Positions 45,135 to 54,271 are shown, counted from the first letter of the stretch. The stretch is 64,000 bases of DNA from Myxococcota bacterium (GCA_965250285.1 OZ252299.1:544001-608000); one strand, 5' to 3'. Made by a program: numbers and translations. Notes: generated from the sequence alone by a model not told the origin.

Positions 45135-48065
45135 GTGGACATCAAGGACGGCCTGCTCGGCAAGGTGCCCTTCGTCACGATCCTGGTCGCGATCGCGATG
45201 TCTGCGACGTTCGTGGCGTCTCAGCTCGGCGGTGGCGACGAGCGTGGGCAGTACGAAGAGCTGCTTCTGCGCACCCAGGTCTTCTACGAGCGCAACCCCG
45301 GCATCGAGCTCAACGCGCGCAGCCGAAATCTGCTCGGCGCCGACTTCGTCTCGCGGGTGCAGGCCGAGCAAGCCGGCGCGCACGACAAGCCGACCTTCTC
45401 GAAGCGCATGCGAGACCGCACCCAGGCCAAGTTCGACCGCGCCGTCGATCAGGCGCTCGAAGCCCGCGTGCTCGAAGATCCCGCCTGGAGCGAGGGCATC
45501 ACCGGCCCGGACGTCCCGGCCACGCGATACCTGACGTATGCGCTCTTTCATGCGAGCTGGCTCGCCTTCGGTGTGACGCTCGCCTTCCTGCTCGTCGCTG
45601 GCCTCGGCCTCGAGACCTCGTGGGGCGCGATCGTCCAGGCACCGCTCGTCGTGCTCGCGATCTTCGTCAGCGGTCTCGTCTTCGCGCACGTCGACGCCGC
45701 GGCGCAGATGCCGCTCACGGGCGGTGGGCCGCTCGTCGCCGCGCTGCTTGCGGCGTATCTGGTTCGCGGCTTCGGTGGCCAGATGCCGCTGCCTGGCGTG
45801 CTGCTGCTGCCGGCCTGGCTCTTCGTCGACGCGCTCTTCGTGCGCAGCATCTGGATCGACAACGTCGGCGACTGGCCGATCGCGACGCTCGGCGTCGCGA
45901 TGGCGCTGGGCGCCGGCATCGCCGGGGGCGTGAAGCTGATGGGGCTCGACGCCCGGCTCGTCGACACGGTCGACAGCCTCGCCGATGGCCGGCATCCCGC
46001 GCTCGAGGCGGCCGCTCGTTCGAAGAACCTCGGCCGTCCCCAGGACGCATTCGATGCGCTGCTGGCCGCGGCCGAAGAGGAGCCGGGTCACGTCGAGGTG
46101 ACGCTCGCGCTCTTCGAGGTCGCGATCGAGATCGGGCGCGCCGCCGACGTCGCGCCCCGGATCGTGCCGATCATTCAGAGCGAGCTGCGCGCCGGCGACG
46201 TCGAGACGGCGACCACCCATTGGCGCCAGGTCATGGCGAGCGGGGCGGCGGTCGACGCCAAGCCGACGCTGCTCGTCCGGATGGGCGAGGCGCTGCTCGA
46301 CTCGGGCGAACCCGAGCAGGCGCTCGACACCCTGCGGCAGGCGCTCGATGCGCCCGGCCAGATGGGGTCGGCGCTCGCGCAGCGCATCGTCCGCATCGCA
46401 CGCGACCTCGATCCCGTCTTGACCTCACGCGCGGCCGAGGCGGCGCTGCAGGATCCCCAGATCGAAGCCGACACCCGCGCCGCGCTCGAGGCGCTGGCCG
46501 GGGCGAGCGGGGCGGGGGCCTCGAGCTGGCAGCCCGCTTCGGGTGCGTCCGCGCCTGCCGCGGCCGAAGCCCCTGCGCCGCGGACCGCCGCGGGCGGAGA
46601 GATCGATGCCGACCTCGGCGAAGCCGTACCCGACGCTGCCCACGGTCTCGGAGGGCCTGGGCTCGACGAGATCGGTGGCGCCGACGATGGCGACATCGAC
46701 CTCAGCCATGTCGGCGATCTCGCGTCGCCGGAAGACTTCGCCGAGCTCGACTCGGGGGCCGCGGGCCTGCCGCCCATGGGCAGCGACGCCGAGGGCGAGC
46801 ACGATCCCAACGCGCTCTCGATCCACAGCATCGAGCGCGAGCTCGCAGGCGGACTCGACGACGATGCGACGCCGGCCGACGTGCTGGGGGGGGCGACCGG
46901 CAGCGCGTTCGGTGAGACGCCGGCGGGGCTGCTCGGTGGCGACGACACGGCCCCAGCCGATCTCTCGGCGGGCGATCCCGAATCGTGGAACGATCCGGGT
47001 CGGGTCGAGGATCTCTCGAGCGAGCTCGAGAGCGACGGCCCGGCGCTGATGAGCGAGGGGGACCTCGATCAGCCGAGGGTCGACAACTCGTTCCTCGAAG
47101 CGGGCGCGCTGAGCGCCGATGCCCTTTCGTCCGAGCCGGGAGCCGGTGTCGAACCTCGTTCGGGCGCACTCGACGAACTCGACGACTCGCTCTCCGGGGG
47201 GCTCGACGAGCTCGGCGGCTCGCTCTCGCAGGGACTCGACGATCTCGGCGGCTCGCTTTCAGAGGGTCTCGACGACCTCGGCGGTGCAGCACCCCTCGGC
47301 GACCTCCCGGCCAGCGCGGCGAGCGACGCGACCGATCCCCTCGCCATGCCCGATGCGCTCGAGACCGAGCCGCTCGGCGAGCCGACCTCACTTGCCGACC
47401 CCGGCCCTCCGCTCGATACGGGCGAAGAACCCCAGACGCCGCCGACCGAGCCGCTGCTCGAACGCGATCTGATGGAGGCCCAGGTCGAACAGGCCCGCGC
47501 CGCAGCGCTCCCGCCCATCGTGTCTTCGAGCGAGTCGCCGGCGCCGGCTTCTGGGCAAGCACCCGCGACGCCGGCCGCGTCGGTGCCCGAGACGCAGCGG
47601 GCGACCGTGGTCGATGGTCTCGACGCGGCTGGGCCTGGCGCGACGAGCCGGGCGCTCAAGGTGCTCGACGCCGTGCCGCTCGCCCTCGAGCCCGAGGCGA
47701 TGAAGTTCGATGTGGAGGGACGCGGCAAGACGCGGCTGCCCTTCGATCGTATCGACGCCGTGGCCGTCGCCGCGGTGTCGGGACTCTCGGCCAAGCCCGT
47801 GCTGGTGATCGACTTCGTCCTCAACTGGAGCGCGGGCGCCGACGAGCCGCTCAAGGCGATCCGCATTCGAAGTGATCGCTTCAACCCGACCGCCGTCGTC
47901 GGCGCGGGCGAGCCGCCGCTCGAGTCGATCAAGACCCTGATCCGCCGCGTGCTCGATGGTGCTCAGGCGACGCCGTTGCCCGACGTCGGCGCGGTCATGG
48001 GCGCACCCTTCTCGACGCAGGCCGATCTCGCAGCGTACGAGCGCGACGTGTTGCAGGCGGGCTGA
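45135..48065 (+). CDS. rhomboid-like membrane domain (catalytic residues absent) + TPR-like region + long acidic linker + C-terminal domain
   Basis: LTYALFHASWL...GLGLETSWG...PLTGGGPLVAALLAAY aligns by eye with rhomboid TM2-TM4; helical repeats; D/E/G/L-rich tract. Confidence 0.7.
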   Translation: MDIKDGLLGKVPFVTILVAIAMSATFVASQLGGGDERGQYEELLLRTQVFYERNPGIELNARSRNLLGADFVSRVQAEQAGAHDKPTFSKRMRDRTQAKFDRAVDQALEARVLEDPAWSEGITGPDVPATRYLTYALFHASWLAFGVTLAFLLVAGLGLETSWGAIVQAPLVVLAIFVSGLVFAHVDAAAQMPLTGGGPLVAALLAAYLVRGFGGQMPLPGVLLLPAWLFVDALFVRSIWIDNVGDWPIATLGVAMALGAGIAGGVKLMGLDARLVDTVDSLADGRHPALEAAARSKNLGRPQDAFDALLAAAEEEPGHVEVTLALFEVAIEIGRAADVAPRIVPIIQSELRAGDVETATTHWRQVMASGAAVDAKPTLLVRMGEALLDSGEPEQALDTLRQALDAPGQMGSALAQRIVRIARDLDPVLTSRAAEAALQDPQIEADTRAALEALAGASGAGASSWQPASGASAPAAAEAPAPRTAAGGEIDADLGEAVPDAAHGLGGPGLDEIGGADDGDIDLSHVGDLASPEDFAELDSGAAGLPPMGSDAEGEHDPNALSIHSIERELAGGLDDDATPADVLGGATGSAFGETPAGLLGGDDTAPADLSAGDPESWNDPGRVEDLSSELESDGPALMSEGDLDQPRVDNSFLEAGALSADALSSEPGAGVEPRSGALDELDDSLSGGLDELGGSLSQGLDDLGGSLSEGLDDLGGAAPLGDLPASAASDATDPLAMPDALETEPLGEPTSLADPGPPLDTGEEPQTPPTEPLLERDLMEAQVEQARAAALPPIVSSSESPAPASGQAPATPAASVPETQRATVVDGLDAAGPGATSRALKVLDAVPLALEPEAMKFDVEGRGKTRLPFDRIDAVAVAAVSGLSAKPVLVIDFVLNWSAGADEPLKAIRIRSDRFNPTAVVGAGEPPLESIKTLIRRVLDGAQATPLPDVGAVMGAPFSTQADLAAYERDVLQAG
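47169..47285 (+). repeat. 33-bp coding tandem repeat (LD[E/D]L[D/G][D/G]SLSxG x3.5)
   Basis: Units start at 47169, 47202, 47235, 47268. Confidence 0.85.
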
Positions 48066-48095
48066 CGCGGGCGCTCCGAGACCCCGCGCGCGACG

Positions 48096-48644
48096 TCAGG
48101 CCTTCACGGCCCCCGGTAGCCCGTCGATGCTCGACGCGTTCTTCTCGTAGACCCGCTCGATGTGCTCTTGCTGGGTGCGCTGCGCGCAGTGGTCGACGAG
48201 TCGCTCGCGCTGGCCCTCGTACGCGTAGAGCGGGACGCCCCAGCCGCACGAATCCTGAACACGATCGAGCTCGACCTCGATGATGCCCCGCACGGGCACG
48301 TCGATCTGGCCGACTTTGTCGCGCAGCGCCTCGAACCCCGGCTCACCGAAGAGATGGGCGTGGCCGCGGCCGTAGAGCCGCAGGATGAGCGGCTTGCCTT
48401 CGAACGCGCAGAACATCACGCAGATGCGTCCATTCTCGTTCACGTGGGCGTGGGTCTCGATGCCGCTGCCGCCGAGGTCGACGTAGGCGACGCGCTTCGA
48501 GTCGAGGACGGCGAACGTGTCGAGGCCCTTCGGCGACAGGTTCACGTTGCCGTCTTCGGCGAGCGGCGCCGTGGCGACGAAGAACATGTGCTGCGCGTCG
48601 ATGAACGCGCGGTGTCGATCGCTCAGCTCGTCATAGACCTTCAT
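48096..48644 (-). CDS. pyridoxamine 5'-phosphate oxidase-like FMN-binding protein
   Basis: FFVATAPL..GNVNLSPKG, GSGIETHAH..ENGRICVMFCAF, SCGWGVP, SIDGLP. Confidence 0.88.
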   Translation of the reverse strand: MKVYDELSDRHRAFIDAQHMFFVATAPLAEDGNVNLSPKGLDTFAVLDSKRVAYVDLGGSGIETHAHVNENGRICVMFCAFEGKPLILRLYGRGHAHLFGEPGFEALRDKVGQIDVPVRGIIEVELDRVQDSCGWGVPLYAYEGQRERLVDHCAQRTQQEHIERVYEKNASSIDGLPGAVKA

Positions 48645-48817
48645 GAGGGGACAGACCTCCCAAGGGCGTCGGCTTCGTGGCCGGCGGCGCGGGCGCGCGG
48701 ACGATCAGCGTAGCAGTCGCGTTCCGACCGGCGCGCCGGGCCGACGTGGCCGGCCATTCACGCGCGTGCCCGACGTTGCACGTGCCGTCGTCTTCCGCGC
48801 CTCCGCAGCGCGCAAGC

Positions 48818-48834
48818 GCGGAACGTCGCTTGCA
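48818..48834 (+). promoter_or_regulatory. possible sigma54 promoter of the Rhs gene
   Basis: GCGGAACGTCGCTTGCA: GG-N10-GC spacing with TTGCA, about 80 bp before the ATG; -24 part imperfect. Confidence 0.4.
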
Positions 48835-48911
48835 CTCTCGTCCGTCTGGTCCCATCGCGTGCACGCCGCGTCCGCTGGTCGCGTCGGGGTCGTGCGCATG
48901 GAGGGATCTTC

Positions 48912-51900
48912 ATGCCTCGAAGGTCTTCGTTCGGTCGAGCCGTGCTCGGCGTGTGGGTCGTGGGTGTCTGCCTGATCGCGGGCATCGGTTGCCAGGGGTC
49001 GTCGCCCGAACCCAGGCCCGGGCTCGTCGAGTCCGAGCGCAACGCCGTCGAGCGGATCGGCGACGTGCGCGTGCACCTGGCGCACGGCAACGTGTCGAGC
49101 GATCGCGTCGACCTGGTGCTCGACACCCGCGTCGCGCCGCTGGTCGTCGGGGCGGTGTTCAACTCGGCCACGGGGCACTGGGCGTGGCGTCACGACATGC
49201 GCCTGGCCGGCGGCGTGTTCTTCGACGACTCGGGGGCGGAGCTCGACGTCGGGGCGGTCGTCGACGGTGCGGCGATCCCGGGCACGCACTGGGTGCGGGT
49301 CGACGAGACCCGGATCAAGACGAAGGGCGGGTTGGTTCACCGATTCGACCCGATCACGGGTCGCCTCGTCGAGGTGCACTGGTCGGATGGGTCGTACCCC
49401 GCGCTTCGCTACGTCGCCGATCCCTCGGTGCCGGGGCGCCTCGACCGCATCGAACAATGTGTCTCGGCTGCGAGCTGCAGCGTGCAGCTGACCATCGAGT
49501 ACGACGCGGCCGGTTGCGTGCTCGCGGTGGTCGATCGCGCCGGACGCACGGCCGACTATCTGCACGAGCGACTCGGTGCGACCTGTCGCCCGTTGGTCGC
49601 GCGCGATCCCTTCGACGTCGAGCGAGACCTGCCCGGTCGCCGGTACGCGTACGGCGTGGCGGGCCGGCTGCGCGCGATCGTCAACTCAGAGGATGAGCGC
49701 ATCGAGCTCGACTGGTCGGGCGACAACATCGCCCGCGTGCGGCGCGTCGGTCACGGCGATCCCGAAGTGCGCTTCGGCTTCGTCGTCGATGTCGGCGGCC
49801 GCCGCACGGTGGCGGTCAAGACGACGGCGTCGGGCGCCGTCTGGGTGTATGAGTTCGACGCCGAGCAACGGCTCTCGAGGATGCGCTCGCCCGAAGGCGA
49901 TGTGGTCACACAGACCTGGTCGGGACGTCGTCCGACGTCGCGCACGGACGCATCCGGGCGTGTGTGGCGATACGACTGGGTCGACGACGACCTCGTGCGC
50001 GTCGAGCAGCCGTCGGGCGCCGCCGAGGTTCGGGTGTACGCGCCCGGCGCGGTCGACCGCCGTCACCCCGAGCGTCGGCCCGTGCTGCTGGTGACCGACG
50101 ACCTCGGCACCCGGCAGGTGCGGTCGTTCGACGCTTCGGGGCGCATGATCTCGAGTCGCAACGGGGCCGGGGACACGACGCATTTCGAGTGGGACGCGCT
50201 CGGTCAGCTCGCCCGCGCGACGCTGCCCGACGGCGTCGTGATCGAGTACCACGACTATGGCGAGCACGGCCACGCCGCGCGCGTCGTGCGGGGCGAGGTC
50301 GAAGAGGTTCGCCTCTTCGATGCGGTCGGGAACCTCGAGAAGGGCGCTTCGGTCCAGGGTGAGCTCGGGCCGGGTCGCCCCGGCCTCGTGCGGCGCCGCT
50401 TCGACGCCGATCGCAACGTCGCCGAGGTCGTGACGGTGGAGACGGCGCTCGATGATCTGACGATCGCCTACCGCTCGACGACGATCACTCGACGGAGCGA
50501 TGGGCGTGCGCTGCACATCGCGCGTCCCTATGGCGGAGACGAGTGGTTCGAGTACGACGCGCACGGCCGGCTGATCGAGCGTCGCGAGCGGGTCGACGGA
50601 GTCGACCGCGTGACGTCGATCGAGTTCGACATCGACGCTCGACCGAAGCGGTCGGTGTTGCCGAACGGCATGAAGACCGAGGTCGACTGGGACCGCGACG
50701 GGCGGCTCGTTCGCATCGAGCACACTCGGCCCGGGACGATCTGGCAGTGGGTCACGTTGACCTACGCGCAGGGTCGGGTGGTCGAGATCGGTGACTCGGC
50801 CTACGCCACACCCGAATCGATCGCGCACGACGTCGACGGCCGCGTGCAGCGCATCGACCACGCTTCGGGCGGGCGCTCCGAGCTCGAGTACGACGCGCGG
50901 GGTCGCGAGGTCGCCCGGCGCATCATCGACCCGACGACGGGCGGCGTGGCCTTCGAAGCACGACGCAGCTACGACGGGGCCGACCGGCTCGTGTCGACCT
51001 GGATCGACGGCGAGCTGTTGATCGAGCGCGAGCGTGTCGACGGTCGTCCGAGCGCGGTCCGATACGGCAACGGGCTCACGCGCACGTTCGCCTACCACCC
51101 CGCGACCGGGGAATTGATCGAGTCGCGCACGCAGGACGCCGCCGGCGTTTCGGTCGAGCGCACCGATCTCGTTCGCGATGCCGGCTACGAGCGGCTCGAT
51201 GTCACCGTCACCAGTCGAATCCTGCTCGCCGGGCCTCCCGGTGGCGCGCCGATCTGGCACCGCGCCCTCGAGGTGCATCGCCTTCGCTGGGGTCCGACGG
51301 CGTACGACGGCTTTCCCACGCCGGGTCCGTGGCTGCGCATGTCGAGCCAGAACGACATCCTCGAGACCCCGGTGGCAGATCGCGTGCGCTTCGATGCGCT
51401 CGGCAATCTCGACGCGTTCCAGCCCCGCGGCGGTCCGGCGACCGAGTTCACGATGAACGCGGAGCGCAATCGCCTGCTCGCAGGGGGCTTCGACGCCACG
51501 CGCACCTACGCGACCGACGAGGCGGGCTTCGTCGTGTCGCGAGATGGCGTCGCACTCGGTTGGACCGCGGGGGGGCGACTCGCCTCGATCGGTGCGTCGG
51601 TCTCGCTCGCGTGGGACGCGCGCAATCGCCTGCGATCGCGCACGATCGACGGCGTGACCACGCGTTTCGGCTACGGCGGGCGCGTCGAGGTCGATGCGGT
51701 CGGGCGACCGATCGCCGCCGAGATCGACGGGGTCGGGGTCGCGCTGGGCAGTGGCGCACGCCGGTATCGCCACCACGACGATCGCGGCAACGTGCTCTTC
51801 GTGAGCGATGAACAGGCGGCGGTCGTACGTCGCCACGTGTACGCGGGCTTCGGTGAGCGGGCCGTGTTCGACCGCGACGGGACGGAGCGCGCGCCCGGAT

Positions 51901-52490
51901 CGGGCGAGCGCGGGTTCGCCGGTGGTCTCCACGTCGCTGGGATGATGCTGCTGGGCGCGCGGCCCTACGATCCGGCCATCGGTCGCTTCCTCGCGCCCGA
52001 TCCCGTCGACCACGTTCTGAACGACTTTGCGTACACCCGCGGCAACCCGGTTCATCTCTGGGATCCGGGTGGGACCCACGCGACGCCCGTCGGTGGCGCG
52101 CCCTCGCAGACGCCGGCCGGACAGGCCACGGTGACCGTCGGGGTCGGCTTCATGGCGATGGGGGCTTCGATGGCCGGCAACGCCGTGGCCGCCGGACCGC
52201 TCGCTGGGCAGTTCACCGCCACGGGCGTGATCATCTTCGTCGGGGGCGTGGTCTTGGTGTACGTCGGCACGGCCATGCTCGACTCGCCGGATCCGCCGAC
52301 CATGGCGCCCCCCGTGCCCCCACCGGCCGAATCGACCGATGCCCTGCCCGACGGTGACCTCGGCAGCGGATCGACGTGTTCTCCGGATGCGTTCCGACCG
52401 CGCACATCCGGGACGCCGCGGGCGGTGATCTGGCTGCTGCTCCTCGCAGCGGTCGTCGGCCTCATGCGCCGCGCCGAGGTGAGCGGCTAG
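48912..52490 (+). CDS. Rhs/YD-repeat protein with lipoprotein-like signal and C-terminal sorting-signal-like membrane anchor
   Basis: Many YDxxGR repeats; Rhs core end GARPYDPAIGRFLAPDP...YTRGNPVHLWDPGG; N-terminal IAGIGC; C-terminal GSTC...IWLLLLAAVVGLMRR. Confidence 0.9.
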   Translation: MPRRSSFGRAVLGVWVVGVCLIAGIGCQGSSPEPRPGLVESERNAVERIGDVRVHLAHGNVSSDRVDLVLDTRVAPLVVGAVFNSATGHWAWRHDMRLAGGVFFDDSGAELDVGAVVDGAAIPGTHWVRVDETRIKTKGGLVHRFDPITGRLVEVHWSDGSYPALRYVADPSVPGRLDRIEQCVSAASCSVQLTIEYDAAGCVLAVVDRAGRTADYLHERLGATCRPLVARDPFDVERDLPGRRYAYGVAGRLRAIVNSEDERIELDWSGDNIARVRRVGHGDPEVRFGFVVDVGGRRTVAVKTTASGAVWVYEFDAEQRLSRMRSPEGDVVTQTWSGRRPTSRTDASGRVWRYDWVDDDLVRVEQPSGAAEVRVYAPGAVDRRHPERRPVLLVTDDLGTRQVRSFDASGRMISSRNGAGDTTHFEWDALGQLARATLPDGVVIEYHDYGEHGHAARVVRGEVEEVRLFDAVGNLEKGASVQGELGPGRPGLVRRRFDADRNVAEVVTVETALDDLTIAYRSTTITRRSDGRALHIARPYGGDEWFEYDAHGRLIERRERVDGVDRVTSIEFDIDARPKRSVLPNGMKTEVDWDRDGRLVRIEHTRPGTIWQWVTLTYAQGRVVEIGDSAYATPESIAHDVDGRVQRIDHASGGRSELEYDARGREVARRIIDPTTGGVAFEARRSYDGADRLVSTWIDGELLIERERVDGRPSAVRYGNGLTRTFAYHPATGELIESRTQDAAGVSVERTDLVRDAGYERLDVTVTSRILLAGPPGGAPIWHRALEVHRLRWGPTAYDGFPTPGPWLRMSSQNDILETPVADRVRFDALGNLDAFQPRGGPATEFTMNAERNRLLAGGFDATRTYATDEAGFVVSRDGVALGWTAGGRLASIGASVSLAWDARNRLRSRTIDGVTTRFGYGGRVEVDAVGRPIAAEIDGVGVALGSGARRYRHHDDRGNVLFVSDEQAAVVRRHVYAGFGERAVFDRDGTERAPGSGERGFAGGLHVAGMMLLGARPYDPAIGRFLAPDPVDHVLNDFAYTRGNPVHLWDPGGTHATPVGGAPSQTPAGQATVTVGVGFMAMGASMAGNAVAAGPLAGQFTATGVIIFVGGVVLVYVGTAMLDSPDPPTMAPPVPPPAESTDALPDGDLGSGSTCSPDAFRPRTSGTPRAVIWLLLLAAVVGLMRRAEVSG

Positions 52491-52530
52491 CGCGGTCGTG
52501 CGGGCGTCACCGGCGCGTTCGGTCGGCCGC

Positions 52531-53421
52531 TCACGGGCGTGCACGCCGCCAGGCGGTGTGCACGACGTGTGCGGCCGACCAGAACAGGTAGGTGGCCGGT
52601 GAGAGGACGGCCCTCGAGACGTCGACGATCGACGCCGGCCAGGCGCTTGGCGCGCCGAGCACGGCCATCGCACCCAGGCACAGCGCCAACGTCGGTGCAT
52701 GCAGTCGCAGCAGCGCGATGAGCTCGCTGCGAAGCCGGCCGCGCGCCCGGGCCCGTGCCACGATCAGGATCAGCCAGCTCACGAGGTGATGCAGCGTGAC
52801 CGCCGCGATCACGTCGGTCGCGTCGATTCGCGGCGAGAGATGAGGCGCCGCGAGCGCGAGCAAGCTGAGTCCGGCGGCGATCGCTGCGTCGGCGAAGAGG
52901 TCGCTTCGCCGCGTCGAGAGCGCCGCGATCGGCAGCGCGTCCTCGGGGCTCGACCGCCGCAGCGCGCGATCGTTCTCGACGGTGTGCCACGCCGACAGGG
53001 CGAGCAGACCCAGGGGCAGCGCCGGCGCGAATTGGCAGAGCTCGACGTAGGCCGCATACCCGGTGGCGAGCGTCGCCAGGGTGCCGAGCTTCGCGGCCGC
53101 CGCACGCGGGGGCTGCGCCGATGCAGGCCGGCGGCCACGCACGACGCTCGCGAGCAGGTGGCCGTAGCCGAGCGCGAAGACGACGTGCGAGTGGAGCGCG
53201 GCGCGGGCTTCGTTCTCGGGCTCGAGCCAGAGGCTGGCCGCCACCCAGCTCGTGGTCGCCGCGAGGGAGGCCTGGCTGATCCGCCGCCCGGCCGAGCCGG
53301 GTCGGCCGGGCGGGGTCGAACGGCTTCGGCTCGGGCGCTCGCGCCGCCATCCGAGGAAGGACCGCACGGAGCGTCGCCCGCTGCGCACCAGACGGTTCGC
53401 CCCGTTCGAGCCGGTGCGCAT
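52531..53421 (-). CDS. hypothetical multi-TM protein with spaced His motifs
   Basis: TGATG coupling to the upstream CPBP gene; LGYGH, AWHTVEND, LHHLVSW, FWSAAHVVH in or near hydrophobic helices. Confidence 0.65.
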   Translation of the reverse strand: MRTGSNGANRLVRSGRRSVRSFLGWRRERPSRSRSTPPGRPGSAGRRISQASLAATTSWVAASLWLEPENEARAALHSHVVFALGYGHLLASVVRGRRPASAQPPRAAAAKLGTLATLATGYAAYVELCQFAPALPLGLLALSAWHTVENDRALRRSSPEDALPIAALSTRRSDLFADAAIAAGLSLLALAAPHLSPRIDATDVIAAVTLHHLVSWLILIVARARARGRLRSELIALLRLHAPTLALCLGAMAVLGAPSAWPASIVDVSRAVLSPATYLFWSAAHVVHTAWRRARP

Positions 53422-54035
53422 CAGAGCGCGGCCGCGTCGAAGCGCGGGGCGACGACCGCCACATTCAGGCCGACGTGCAGCGCCGTGCAGGGCGAGACGC
53501 GCCTCGTGGCCAGCCAGACGAGGCCGAGAGCGAGGCCGGCAAGGAAGGTGCCGAGCATCCGCACCGGCGTCGCGTGGGGCAGGGCGAAGCACGCCGCGCT
53601 CACCACGACCGCCGCCCATCGACCGACGCGCGGTTCGAGCGCGGCGAGCAGCCGACCCCGGTACAGCCACTCTTCGAATGCGGGCGCGAGCGCGAGGCAT
53701 GAGACGAGCTCGAACGCACACGGCGCTGCCGCGGCGTCGAGACGGGGCGTCGCGCCGGTCGCGGCGACGAAGGCGTACCACGTGGCGGCGCCGAGGGCGG
53801 GCTGGATGGCGACCCCGACCCACATGAACGCGAGGGCCTGGCCGATCAGACGGGTGGGGCATCGATGGCTCGGTTCGACGCGTGGGCACCGATGCGCGAT
53901 CCAGCCCAGCGCGATGGCGAACGAGAGGGCGACGCCGATGCAGCCGGGCCATGCGAGCTGAACCAGCGCGAGCTGGCACCAGACGACGCAGACGAGGACG
54001 CACGTGGCGCCGAGTCGGGGAGGGGGCGTGGGCAT
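53421..54035 (-). CDS. CPBP (CAAX/Abi) family intramembrane glutamic endopeptidase (start uncertain)
   Basis: APAFEEWLYRG (EExxxR), FALPH (FxxxH), ALHVGLN (HxxxN). Confidence 0.88.
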   Translation of the reverse strand: MPTPPPRLGATCVLVCVVWCQLALVQLAWPGCIGVALSFAIALGWIAHRCPRVEPSHRCPTRLIGQALAFMWVGVAIQPALGAATWYAFVAATGATPRLDAAAAPCAFELVSCLALAPAFEEWLYRGRLLAALEPRVGRWAAVVVSAACFALPHATPVRMLGTFLAGLALGLVWLATRRVSPCTALHVGLNVAVVAPRFDAAAL

Positions 54036-54050
54036 CACGCCCGTCGACGA

Positions 54051-54066
54051 AGCAAGCGCCGCGCCA
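54051..54066 (-). promoter_or_regulatory. sigma54 (-24/-12) promoter for the CPBP operon
   Basis: Minus strand TGGCGCGGCGCTTGCT, one mismatch to TGGCACGNNNNTTGCW. Confidence 0.6.
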
Positions 54067-54150
54067 AGCGCGACGCGGTGCAGCGCCAAGCGCGGCGCTG
54101 TGTCGCGCTTGGCGCGACGCTGTGTCGCGGCAAGCGCTGCGCTGTGTCGC
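54063..54150. repeat. four imperfect 22-bp tandem repeats, consensus GCCAAGCGCGRCGCTGTGTCGC
   Basis: Units at 54063, 54085, 54107, 54129; CGCTGTGTCGC exact in three. Confidence 0.85.
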
Positions 54151-54271
54151 CGGGGAAGCGCGGTCGCGGGCTCACCTGTCCTCGAGCGGGCGTGAAACGG
54201 CGTTCACGCCCGGCGCCGCGCGCGATCCGTAGGGCACGGTTCGAGGCGGGCCGCCCGAGGCCCGCGGTGCT

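Noticed and set aside
52487..53464. 325-aa minus-strand ORF as an Rhs immunity protein
   Set aside because: Arg/Pro-rich off-frame reading; the 52531-53421 frame has TM character and start-stop coupling
54063..54150. CRISPR array interpretation of this repeat or of 38828-39009
   Set aside because: Units are contiguous with no unique spacers, and no cas genes are present
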